DNA from: Antedon mediterranea
Taxonomy: Eukaryota; Animalia; Echinodermata
DNA: 64,000 bases
Assembly: GCF_964355755.1 (NCBI RefSeq)
Contig: NC_092674.1
Location: forward strand, 15,252,001 to 15,316,000
Reading direction: 5' to 3'
Positions 53,001 through 62,117 of this stretch are shown here, piece after piece. A program made the position numbers and the translations under genes. A model generated the notes under the pieces. The model saw nothing but the letters and a program-made list of their open reading frames with translations. It had not been told where the DNA came from and did not search any database. How positions within the stretch are numbered: the first letter of the stretch is position 1; the number at the start of each line of letters is the position of its first letter.

Positions 53001-53163
53001 GTACTTCAAGTAGTAGATCTTGTCCGTACCTAAGGCCTAATGTACAGACAAAATTGCTTACCTCATTAAAACTGGAATAACTAACTGCATTCGCTATGAT
53101 AATTAAAGACAAGTTGAATAACAGCATAAGTACAAATTGTGACGACTCCATGTTCATGTTCAT
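31733..53163 (-). CDS. Secreted VWF/gel-forming-mucin-family protein, 29 coding exons, about 2890 aa
   Basis: Exons, 5' to 3': 53062-53163, 51611-51656, 51361-51480, 50678-51037, 50214-50291, 49339-49431, 48343-48888, 48115-48230, 47739-47925, 47275-47506, 46695-46741, 46042-46352, 45596-45740, 43579-43743, 43175-43339, 41780-42020, 41175-41462, 40856-40902, 40404-40607, 39705-39898, 39285-39392, 38844-39129, 38133-38363, 34281-37463, 33681-33935, 33368-33523, 32916-33173, 32392-32580, 31733-32052. All introns are GT-AG with compatible phases. Total 8673 nt (2891 codons including TAA). The start could be any of three ATGs (53163, 53157, 53151). Confidence 0.92.
32392..33935 (-). CDS. Mucin exons 25-28: two Thr-rich linker-C8-TIL modules without VWD
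   Basis: C8 [30 protein letters not shown]-like [20 protein letters not shown]8 [30 protein letters not shown]-like [18 protein letters not shown]. Confidence 0.88.
34281..37463 (-). CDS. Mucin exon 24 (3183 bp): PTS tandem-repeat domain plus a C8-like domain
   Basis: Open frame of 14-aa repeats ([19 protein letters not shown]), then [34 protein letters not shown]. Confidence 0.95.
34640..37385. repeat. 42-bp coding tandem repeat, about 65 copies
   Basis: Unit GTAGCTCCAGATGGTGATTGTGTTGTACTATCTGCAATGCCA and variants. Most homogeneous at 34800-35770. Confidence 0.97.
37585..37960 (-). mobile_element. Intronic fragment of the Helitron family at 53.7-59.2 kb
   Basis: AAATAGACACGATGATTTATGTAGTCAACTAAAATTAG matches 58062. 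GGTACAAAGAGGAACAATTTTTAAATATATTCTTTATCCACT matches 55267. Confidence 0.75.
38133..40607 (-). CDS. Mucin D3 assembly (VWD-C8-TIL), exons 19-23
   Basis: [16 protein letters not shown]...[15 protein letters not shown]...[11 protein letters not shown]8 [41 protein letters not shown]. Confidence 0.92.
38487..38593. mobile_element. Short HINE-like element in a mucin intron
   Basis: AACAAGGCCATATACATG..(CCGA)n CATAGTGAG..CGCGACTAAAAA; same family as 29238 and 8051. Confidence 0.7.
39925..40310 (+). mobile_element. tRNA-derived SINE in a mucin intron
   Basis: Degenerate A and B boxes (GGCGCAGTGTG..GAGTTTGAATT). Central TCCTTAGGCAAGATACTT..CTCTCTCCACCCAGGTGTACAAATGG. Triplicated TAATAATAAGCGCTTAGA 3' segment. 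Confidence 0.65.
40856..46352 (-). CDS. Mucin D2 assembly and D' (exons 12-18)
   Basis: [14 protein letters not shown]...[11 protein letters not shown]8 [18 protein letters not shown]. Two TIL-E modules ([14 protein letters not shown]; [10 protein letters not shown]). Confidence 0.92.
42087..42928. mobile_element. PIF/Harbinger-like MITE containing a LINE 3' fragment
   Basis: TIRs AG[A/G]CCCATTTACACTA.GACGATAAC and a TTA TSD (42084-42086, 42929-42931). Confidence 0.8.
42300..42721 (+). mobile_element. 5'-truncated L2/CR1-like 3' end
   Basis: Peptide ..[28 protein letters not shown], a typical ORF2 C-terminus, then a UTR, AATAAA and a (TAT)n tail. Confidence 0.75.
43974..45032. repeat. 48-bp intronic minisatellite, about 22 copies
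   Basis: Unit AATGACAATGCTGTGGGTATCAGTGG[C/A]TGGATCTCAATGGAGATACAA. Two copies carry a 1-bp insertion. Confidence 0.98.
45083..45268. repeat. Near-perfect inverted repeat (arms about 88 bp, 9-nt spacer)
   Basis: AAACAGTGAAACGAACTGCCACATTACATGTTTT..GGTTGATATTGAATGGAATTTTAATATATA mirrored around ACAATTACA (45171-45179). Confidence 0.93.
46695..48888 (-). CDS. Mucin D1 assembly (VWD-C8-TIL-E), exons 7-11
   Basis: [15 protein letters not shown]...[10 protein letters not shown]8 [47 protein letters not shown]. Confidence 0.92.
48973..49098. repeat. Tandem duplication of about 62 bp in a mucin intron
   Basis: AGTCAATTGAACTATTTGTTTCTAGGTAAGCAGTCAATCAAGGTTAACTGGTTGAGAAGAAG occurs twice, with a degenerate third copy near 49240. 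Confidence 0.9.
49934..50209. repeat. 46-bp minisatellite, 6 identical copies, next to a splice donor
   Basis: Unit AGTGTATCATTATAACAGGGTAGGGTGTTGATGTATCGGCCTATAC at 49934, 49980, 50026, 50072, 50118 and 50164. Confidence 0.97.
50214..51480 (-). CDS. Mucin exons 3-5: EGF, CUB and a truncated EGF
   Basis: [24 protein letters not shown] (EGF). [40 protein letters not shown] (CUB). [26 protein letters not shown] has only four cysteines. Confidence 0.88.
52190..52217. mobile_element. 28-bp palindrome with 7-bp flanking duplication (P-element-like footprint)
   Basis: TTCAAAG|CATGGGGTTATAATGTTATAACTCCATG|TTCAAAG. Confidence 0.7.
53062..53163 (-). CDS. Mucin exon 1: signal peptide
   Basis: [34 protein letters not shown] followed by a GTAAG donor. 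Phase 0 matches exon 2 ([15 protein letters not shown]). Confidence 0.8.
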
Positions 53164-53174
53164 GTGATTCACAC

Positions 53175-53365
53175 ACGTTGAATGAAGCAAATGCAATCAC
53201 AGACGTCTATTTATTATGCAATGATAATTTATTGGACTATTCCATTACCTATTGTTTTCTTTATCCCAATCGTCACTTTTATTGCGATTGAGTAATTGGT
53301 TGGATAATGCGGGTACTAATTTATTTTTGATTGGACAATCATTATTGCCCTGTTCCATTATTGGG
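53175..53365 (-). promoter_or_regulatory. Candidate mucin core promoter
   Basis: Minus-strand TAAATAG starting at 53213, 30 nt upstream of an Inr-like TCATTC (A at 53183). CCAAT/ATTGG boxes near 53231, 53266, 53295, 53330 and 53360. Confidence 0.55.
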
Positions 53366-53701
53366 TAAAATGATGGACAATTAATTGATAGCACATGCGA
53401 GAAAAAAAGTTCTTTTTTTAAGCCTAAAAAACTTTATGCCTAAGCAACGTTTAATAAGCCTAAATTAATTAACTAGAATTAAACAATTATATAGAAATAG
53501 AACTACTATAGCACTTTTTCTAGAATTAGCAATTATGAAATAAATGTGATTGTAATATATTACAGTTAGGCTCAATATTAATACTAAAAAAAATGTTCAT
53601 TGGATGTTACACGTAAGTTTACAAACGAATTAAAGCATCAACAATCCTTTATTAGGGAAAAGACACGCGTGGAATAATTTTTGATAGGTCAATTTTCAAC
53701 A

Positions 53702-56261
53702 CTAGATGGCACGCTCGCTTCGCTCGCGTACCATCTAGGGGTGCTCACAGATGGTTCTCGAATACAGTAGAATCCACGGACGGGGACTTTTTTGGGACAC
53801 TAAACAAAAACGGAAGTGTCTCCCTAATTGGGGTATTCAGAAATAGAGACAACAAAACCAATACTGGATTTCATAATGGACAATTAATTTATGTGGATTA
53901 AAGAAATTAGGGAGAAATGGAAATGTATGTACGGGAATTGGGCGACACGTGGTGGTGGTGATGGAACCGCAGTAATAAAGTTGATTGTATTTATATATTA
54001 TAAGAACCAAACTAAATAAATAGACCTAGACATTCTGCGAAATGAAAATCGGAAATGCAAGCTCCTATTTAGTGAAAAATTAAACTGTAGTCTACCTAAA
54101 TATTTAGGGCAAATCATCGGTTGTGGTGTTGAAATTCCTGTAAACATTTGTGTGAACCAAACTGGGTCGAATTTCTGTCATGAGTACTGATTTGTTGGCC
54201 TGTGATTTATGACGCTTAAGGGATCTATCTAGACTTATTTTTTAGAATAATGTACGTACCTGTCAGATACAATTGTCTTGTGTCGTATAATAAATAAGTA
54301 CTGTAATAGTTACTGAAGTTACTATTACAATCTCGTCAATGAAAACACGAAAATGTATATGCACTTACTTATGAAAACGTATACAGTATTATACTCAGTT
54401 ATTGAAACAGTAGGTTTAAAAAAGTTTCGTTTGTCTGTAAAATGATGTAATCAAGCTGTTTACATGAGTCTTAATTTATAAGCACATCAATAATAAAATA
54501 GTTTATCTATCCTGTAATTGGCGAGATTATGGTCGCTGTTGAATGAAATAAAGCCAATCGGTATCATATTTGTACAGAAACGTTTTCGCGGCCGAAGGGT
54601 GTAACCTAAATTCGTTGTATTATCGTCAAGAACTAACTGTAACTAAACTTACATAGAAAGTAGGGTATCATAAATTTGGCCTTAGCACTCGGGGGAGTGG
54701 CTAAGATGAAGTCCGTGGGACTACTAAATATAAATTGTAATGAACCTCGAGGGACATAAATAGGAATATTTCATGTTTCATTATCAATGTATAATAAATG
54801 GAAACTGTTTACCGATTCAAATAATAGAAATTGGTTTTTAACATTTTCCGAACCTATTGCAAGTTTATTCTCAAAGGGCCCATATATTTACCTACCGTAT
54901 GTGTTAAACCAAGGGCTCATAAATTTACCTACAGTACTTGTGTTAAACCAAACTCTGGCAGACTGAGAGATTGGGATGTTCCATTCATCGCAAATCAATA
55001 CATTTGTATAATCGTATAATAAATCTATCAAAATAGTATTTTTTAAAGAAAATCGGCCTGTCTTCAACATTATGATGGTGTACTCTAGCAATCTATCAAA
55101 ATAGTATTTTTTAAAGAAAATCGGCCTGTCTTCAACATTATGATGGTGTACTCTAGCTGTTCAACCGGTTTTCAGCTATCAAAAACAATTATCGTAGGAG
55201 GAGATAGGAAAATGCAAAAACCTCCTCGCTATGTAACATTAGGGTTGAGGGATGGGAAAGCGGATAGGTACAAAGAGGAACAATTTTTAAATATATTCTT
55301 TATCCACTGAGTAACGAAATATTTTGTTCATGTTTTATAGGCCTATAAATAATATACCTCTAAATACAGTAGGCCTAAAACATTTGCGATTTAATACTTT
55401 GTTAAAACTGTCACTGTCATAATCGATTGAAATATTAAAGTACATGTCACGATACACCACTACGACGTTTATATTTTTGGTAATTATTAATTAATACAAA
55501 CGTTGAGAAGGAACTGTCAGTATAAAGTTTATTTGTATATCTAACAGTAGAGCCTATCCACAGTCTCAGTAATAAAGTTTATTTGTATATATTTTTATAT
55601 TACATCTAACAGTACGAACATTCACAGTAAGAAATGTTCGATTCAAATGAAAAATAGTTAATAGGTATTTACAGTATTGTCAAAGTATTGCAAGTTTATT
55701 CTCAAAGGGCCCATATATTTACCTACCGTATGTGTTCAAGGGCTCATGAATTTACCTACAGTACTTGTGTTAAACCAAACTCTGGCAGACTGAGAGATTG
55801 GGATGTTCCATTCATCGCAAATCAATACATTTGTATAATCGTATATTAAATCTATCAAAATAGTATTTTTTAAAGAAAATCGGCCTGTCTTCAACATTAT
55901 GATGGTGTACTCTAGCTGTTCAATCGGTTTTCAGCTATTAAAAACAATTATCGTAGGAGGAGATAGAAAAATGCGAAGCCTCCTCGCATTTTTTTGGCGG
56001 GTATTTTTCAAGATGGACATCCATTAAACAGTGTATACCACGATCGGAAAACACCCCTATTTGGGGCAAATCGTTTAACCTAAATTCGTTTTAATCGTCA
56101 ATAACTAATTATTTAACTCAATTTAATTAGTAAACAGGGTTACATCAGGCGGTTAAAATCAGTACCGAAAGTACGAACCAACTTTACATACCATCGAGTG
56201 AAAATTCTAGAAGTAAGACGCGATTTACCGAATTTTGCCCTTACGTAAATTTATATATAGA
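53702..56261 (-). mobile_element. Non-autonomous Helitron with both termini
   Basis: Minus strand A|TCTATATATAAATTTACG..., ending in the hairpin CGCGAGCGAAGCGAGCGTG and CCATCTAG|T. No TSD. Internal direct duplication 54857-55228 vs 55688-55987 and a 68-bp tandem duplication at 55022-55157. Confidence 0.82.
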
Positions 56262-57734
56262 TTATGTTTACATAAACTAAAATATACATTTTTCTAAATT
56301 AAGAATATAAATTCCGAAATCATTAAATTTAACTTGATTTGTTTGTGTTTACTGTATAAAATGTACTGACAGTATGTTTAAAGCATTCATGCTTATTTTG
56401 TATCCCATTCCATGTTTTGTACTGTATTATTTTGTTTAAGCCTTGGAATAAACATTAAATAAATTATATATACCTCTTAATACAGTAGGCCTACTTTCGA
56501 TTTATTTTGTATATGACCACTGGCATGCCTGTCATAAAGAAGGCGAATATTCGTCATAAAACATAGTGCCAATACTGCTAACTATATGAAGAATAATGTT
56601 AATATTATTAAGTAGCCTAGTTAGGTAGTAGCCTTTTAGGCCTTATACAAACACCTTAACCCCCTCCCGACATTTTAAAATATAAAATTGGACGATTTTA
56701 TTTTATTTATTTATATTATTTATATATATTATTCTATTGTACCATGGAGAAAATAAATCAGATGACGACAGTAACATGTTTGAATTGCTTCCGAAAATGA
56801 GTAACTGTTTTATCATTCTCTAATTATAAGATAACCATAAACCATGCTATCAAAAGTATTTTTACTGTAGAACAAATTTAATTTTGATGAAACGTGTATA
56901 ATGTGTATTATTCAATGTTCAATTCTATGTGTATTTTCAATTTTATTTCAATTTTTGGAATAGAGTATTTAAGGGCCTTATATTATATTAATAAAAATTC
57001 TTGTTCTCATTTTCAGAATTAACAAAATTGTATATTATCCTGTTAAAGTCAATTTACATTGTACTTCAACCCAGCCCATGTTTTCTATTTTGTACTACAC
57101 AGTGTATTCCGTTAGAAGAAATGGGCAGTGAAACCCACCCAGCCTATTGTTCTGTGACAGGACTACATGAATTCGCAGCTGTTTACTGCGCTTCTGCTGG
57201 TACAGTCTGAGACAATTGCCGTCCGTCCAATGTATTTTGTCGGTTTCTTTATAAAAACTGTTCGAGAACCACACCTAAAATTCCACATGCGCTTGCGTCT
57301 ATAGTTAAATCAATACAATATTCAACAATAATCAATGAACATTATAAAACTTTTCAAATTTGTGGTTAAATTGTTAAATTCATGTACTGAACTGTAATAA
57401 AAATGAAATATAAAAATAATAAATATGGCCTTTAAATGTATACAAACTCATAACATGAGAATAACAAGTAAAAGTCATCTAATAAAATAACCCAATTAAT
57501 GCTGTTTTATTCAATTAAATGATGAACTGAACAAAAATTAAACATAACCAATATCTCTTCCATGGTCGGATATGTTAAACAGGATTTATTGATTGTAAAC
57601 ATTTTATTGTATAAAGATAACATCAATGAAAGGTAAAGACTAAAATCCAATTTACAATAAAGATAAACAATATCGAAATGCGATATAAGACTGATTTGAT
57701 TAATTTTCATGTTTTTTGGAATAATACGGTAAAC

Positions 57735-57770
57735 CATGGACCTATAATTAATTTTTTTTATAGGTCCATG
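57735..57770. mobile_element. 36-bp palindrome with 7-bp flanking duplication (P-element-like footprint)
   Basis: GGTAAAC|CATGGACCTATAA..TTATAGGTCCATG|GGTAAAC, with 13-bp perfect arms. Confidence 0.78.
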
Positions 57771-58002
57771 GGTAAACTTTAACAAATACAATATAGTGAT
57801 CCAGATAAACCTTTCAATATTTAGTGGAGTGGTAATAAGTAATAATATAATGATCAATATACAATTACTATGTACACAAAACAAAGTTATTGAAACTTAT
57901 TTTAAATTAAATTCGTAGTGTTGGCAAACTATATTTTGATTGTGTACTTCTGCTGATCCAAAAATATGTTAAAACAGAGGAATTGTTCAAAATTTACAAT
58001 TA

Positions 58003-59220
58003 CTAGATGGTTCTCGAATACACGGTAATTTCAGCGTAAACAAACTACAGAACTACATTTTAAATAGACACGGTGATTTATGTAGTCAACTAAAATTAGA
58101 ACCCTGAGAATTAATTCCGAAAGAGAAACTTGTCACAAAATGATTTGAAATTTTTTAGAGAGATGGGGAAGAGGATATGGGTGCAAAGAGGAAGAATGTT
58201 TAAATATGTACATTATTCTTTATCCATTCAGTAACGAACATCTGTGTTCATGTTTTATAAATAATCATACCACTAAACACAGTCAAATATTTGCGGTTTA
58301 ATACTTTGTTGAAACTGTCACTGTCATCGATTGAAATAGTAAATAATAGTAACGATACACCGACCACTACGACGTTTATATTTATTAATTAATACAAACG
58401 TTAAGAAGCAAATGTCAGTAATAAAGTTTATTTGTTAATCTATATTATATTTATATATATATATATTATTATTATATGAGAGGGTTTGTACGTTTGTATG
58501 TTTGTTCGTTATAAACATTTTTGTTACTGCACGTAACCTTAAATAATAATGGGATATCAAAATGACCGCAATTGTACCGGGAAAGTTCTAAACTATATTT
58601 GAACATCATCCGCCATATGATCTAGGATCCAAGTTAGGGGGCCAAAATGTGGTAAAAATGACCCACTTTCCCCGAATTTCAATGTTTGTTCGTTATACAA
58701 TGTCTGTTTCTGCATGTAACCATACATATGGGGTATCAAAATAATCGCAATTTAAACTACATTTCAAAAATATGATGGGGATTTGGTGGGAAAGGCGGTT
58801 TGGGAGATAGGGTGTGGGAGTTGGTCGGGTATTATGTACTGAGGCGGCTTTAAACTAATTTTGAAACCGTCCCTGACAGACCTTCATTCATCACCAATCA
58901 ATACGTTTGAAAAAACGTATATTAAATCTATTAAATAGTATTTTAAAAGAAATTTGGTCTGTCTTCAACATTATGATGCTGTACTCGAGCTGTTTTCAGT
59001 TAAGACAATTATCGTAGAAGAAGATAGGTAAATGCGAGTATTTTTCAAGATGGACACTCCATTAGACAGTGTGACCACACTTACTTGGGGCAAATCGTTG
59101 AACCTAAATTCGTTTTAATTGTCAACTAATTAGCTAACTCATTGTAATACCATCGAGTAAAAATTCTAAAAGTAACGCGCGATTTACCGAATTTTGCCCT
59201 TACGTAAATTTATATATAGA
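58003..59220 (-). mobile_element. Second copy of the same Helitron family, with the 3' hairpin deleted and an unrelated insert at about 58439-58870
   Basis: Same 5' end (TTTTGCCCTTACGTAAATTTATATATAGA|T) and 3' end A|CTAGATGG. Shares blocks with 55240-55530 and 55820-56260. Confidence 0.8.
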
Positions 59221-59628
59221 TTACAACAGTCAAAATAGGACAGTTAATAAATAATAAGGCTCTTTTAAAACAAAACCTTTTTTTTTTATTTCACTGGCGA
59301 ATGTTAATGAATGTATATAGCGCTTTTAACAATCAGCAGCAATAACCATCATTTTCTTTTGAGCAATACACCGATAGTTGAATTCACTTTTTGTAAATTC
59401 TAGGAAGTACGCAGGTATTAATGTGTAGTCATTTTTGCAACTGATATATGATTTCCGGCTTGACATAAACACCGTCCTTTGTTTTTAATTAAAAAACATA
59501 GTTTTTGTTTATATCGAGGCGTGTGCACATTCAAAGGATAAATGACCGGAAAATGATGTTGATCCACGCCCAGGGATCCTATTGTGATAATAATGTTATT
59601 GTCTCGTCAATTTGTATTATTGTGAGGG

Positions 59629-59645
59629 CAGGGAACAACTCCCTG
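59629..59645. mobile_element. 17-bp palindrome with 7-bp flanking duplication (P-element-like footprint)
   Basis: GTGAGGG|CAGGGAACAACTCCCTG|GTGAGGG. Confidence 0.6.
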
Positions 59646-59793
59646 GTGAGGGTACCTATATGATTGAGTAGCTTCGGCTGGATGGACCAACCTCGTTAAA
59701 TAAAATAAATAATAAATTACATGTACAACATGATTACTTTAGTACCAGTTAAGAAAACATGTTAAAGTAATTATTGTACAGAAATAGCTCATT

Positions 59794-62117
59794 TAGTACA
59801 GGAAAGATATGCTCAGAATCAGTAAAAGGTTGAAAAAATTGCAACAGAATTTTTTTCACCACAATGCATTTCTATAAGGTCCCTATATGAACATACTAAA
59901 AGTCTAGAAAAATCCAGGTAGGGGAAATAGGTTTTTTTAAACAAAATGGCCGCCAATGGCAAAAAATGTCTAAAAATGAACAAAAAACATATATTTTATA
60001 TCTAATTACCACTTGATAGCAGTTTTTATAATGCTTTTTATATTTCTTTAGTGTCAAACATTTAAACTGCAATATACATATTAATTTAAATGCTATTTAG
60101 CAACAAAAACACACATTTAAGTATCAAGATATCACCACGGTTATAATAATAGACAACGTAGTCCTATGCATTATAATGCAGGACTACGGTGTCTAATAAA
60201 ACAGTTCATTTACATTTGTACTGTCACAACAATATAATTATACAATCTTAGAATCTATTAATCCATTCATTTTCATTGTCCAGTTATCATCCTCTGTCTA
60301 TAGGTAGGAATTAAGCATGTGGTATTCGTCACAAACAGTGGTACTGGTGGTAAATTTGTCATCAATGGACACATCACGCCATTTGTAACTTTCCATCCCC
60401 CAGTCTGTGGGTTGAAGAGTACTTTCTATCCACTGCTGTACCATGGTAATATACACACAGGGAATGACATTTTGCAGCATTTGTTGTAGGGGGAATAGAC
60501 TTTATTTCAAGTGCTGTTTTGCTTTTTGCTACTTTCTCCCAAAACGTATTCCTCCTCCATACAGTATAGCTACCAATGCCAATTCCTCTGATGCGATGGT
60601 TTCTTTTTTTTCGGAGACGTTTGGTTTTACAGAGTTTGTAAGCATACTACTGCCCAGGTGTTAAGACTTTTTAAGACCTTTTCCTATACCAAATAGATGG
60701 GATGTAGTATCATATCCCTGGATTCCATGTATAAAAAGCAAACTAATTTTTACAGAGCTTCACACCAAGGACAGACTTTACATGCATTCACAGTGCTCCC
60801 CCATCGAGAACATACAGTATTAAATCAATGAATGAAGCAACCGTGACAGAATATAAATTTAAGAGGAAAGAACACATGGGTCAAACCAACCATATTCATC
60901 AATAAAGAAGCAGTGCACATTCCCTCACATATACTATTTCATCATCTATGTGAGACAGTCATACACAATGCATCATTTGGTCAAAAAAAAAATCTTATAC
61001 TTTTCCTGCAGCCCTCTTTTACTCCATTGACTCCATACACACTGCTAGACTACTCAGAAACCTTCATCTCACTGCCCACTGTTTGCTACATCAAACCTCT
61101 TGGCCCGAAACAGCAACATTTCAAGACACTTATTATGTACCATGTATGTTTGTTACGTTATGTGAAGGCAAAGTAAACTATTGTGTTTAATGGCTATAAT
61201 TATGGGCCGTAAGTAAATTTGGTTTAGGAAAAGGTGTTGGTCTTAAAAATCATCACATCACAGTAGGAGTTGTATGTCAAATTCTGTAAACCAAACAGTT
61301 TCCAAAAAAAAAGAGAAAACATTGCATCAGGAATTTGGCATTGGTACCTATACATTATGGAGGGAAGTCAATGGAGACTTTAGACAGCCTCTTTTCTTTG
61401 AGAGAGTTGCAAAAAGCAAATCTATTCCCTTGCTGCAAAATTTCATTTCGTGAGTCTTTATTACCAGGTATAGCAGGGGATAGGAAATACTCTTCAACCC
61501 ACAGACTAGGGATGGAAAGTATTGATGACAAATTGACTACCAGCATCAGAGAAACTATTAAAGTTGATTAGATGTACCTATAAATAAGGTTGTAGTAAAA
61601 TGAATTGCCGTTGCAGAAAATATGGTTTGGACTGCTGCTCCACTATTTTTTAAGAATGCCACGGCATCAGCACATGCTCAATTCCCCACCAATAGATGGA
61701 GGATGAGATACTGACAAGATGAAAGTGAAATTACCGCATTTATTTGAATAAATGCCCTTGGTGGTTGATTTTTAAGGAGGGTAGTGGGGGCGTGTAATCG
61801 TCGTGAGGAGTTTATTCGGAGAGGCGTATATTTTTGTGGGTGTAATGTGGGAAACGTGTATAATCAAATAAATACACCCTTTAGATATGAACAAATACAA
61901 CACCATTCAGTGAATTCTATTACAAATAGAGATGTGTTAAAATACAATATTGTGTATAATATGCATGTGGCGGGGCGTACATTCGAGGAAATAAATTCAA
62001 AATGATGTCCGATGGGAGCTTTTAGTATGTTCATATAGGGACCTTATAGAAATGCATTGTGGTGAAATAAATTCTGTTGCAATTTTTTCAACCATATTTC
62101 ATAGTTTTCCTGTACTA
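59794..62117 (-). mobile_element. Internally deleted Academ transposon with XPG-nuclease relics
   Basis: TIRs of about 100 bp starting TAGTACAGGAAA, with a long near-identical core (GGTTGAAAAAATTGCAACAGAATTT..CATACTAAAAG). 3-bp TSD ATT (59791-59793, 62118-62120). Minus-strand peptides YVLDG, LFIHGIQGYDTTSHLFGIGKG and QQWIESTLQPTDWG. Confidence 0.88.
61734..61995. mobile_element. Degenerate pogo-like MITE fragment inside the Academ element
   Basis: TA|CCGCATTTATTTGAATAAATGCCC followed by GGGCGT..ATTCG-type subterminal motifs. Confidence 0.4.
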
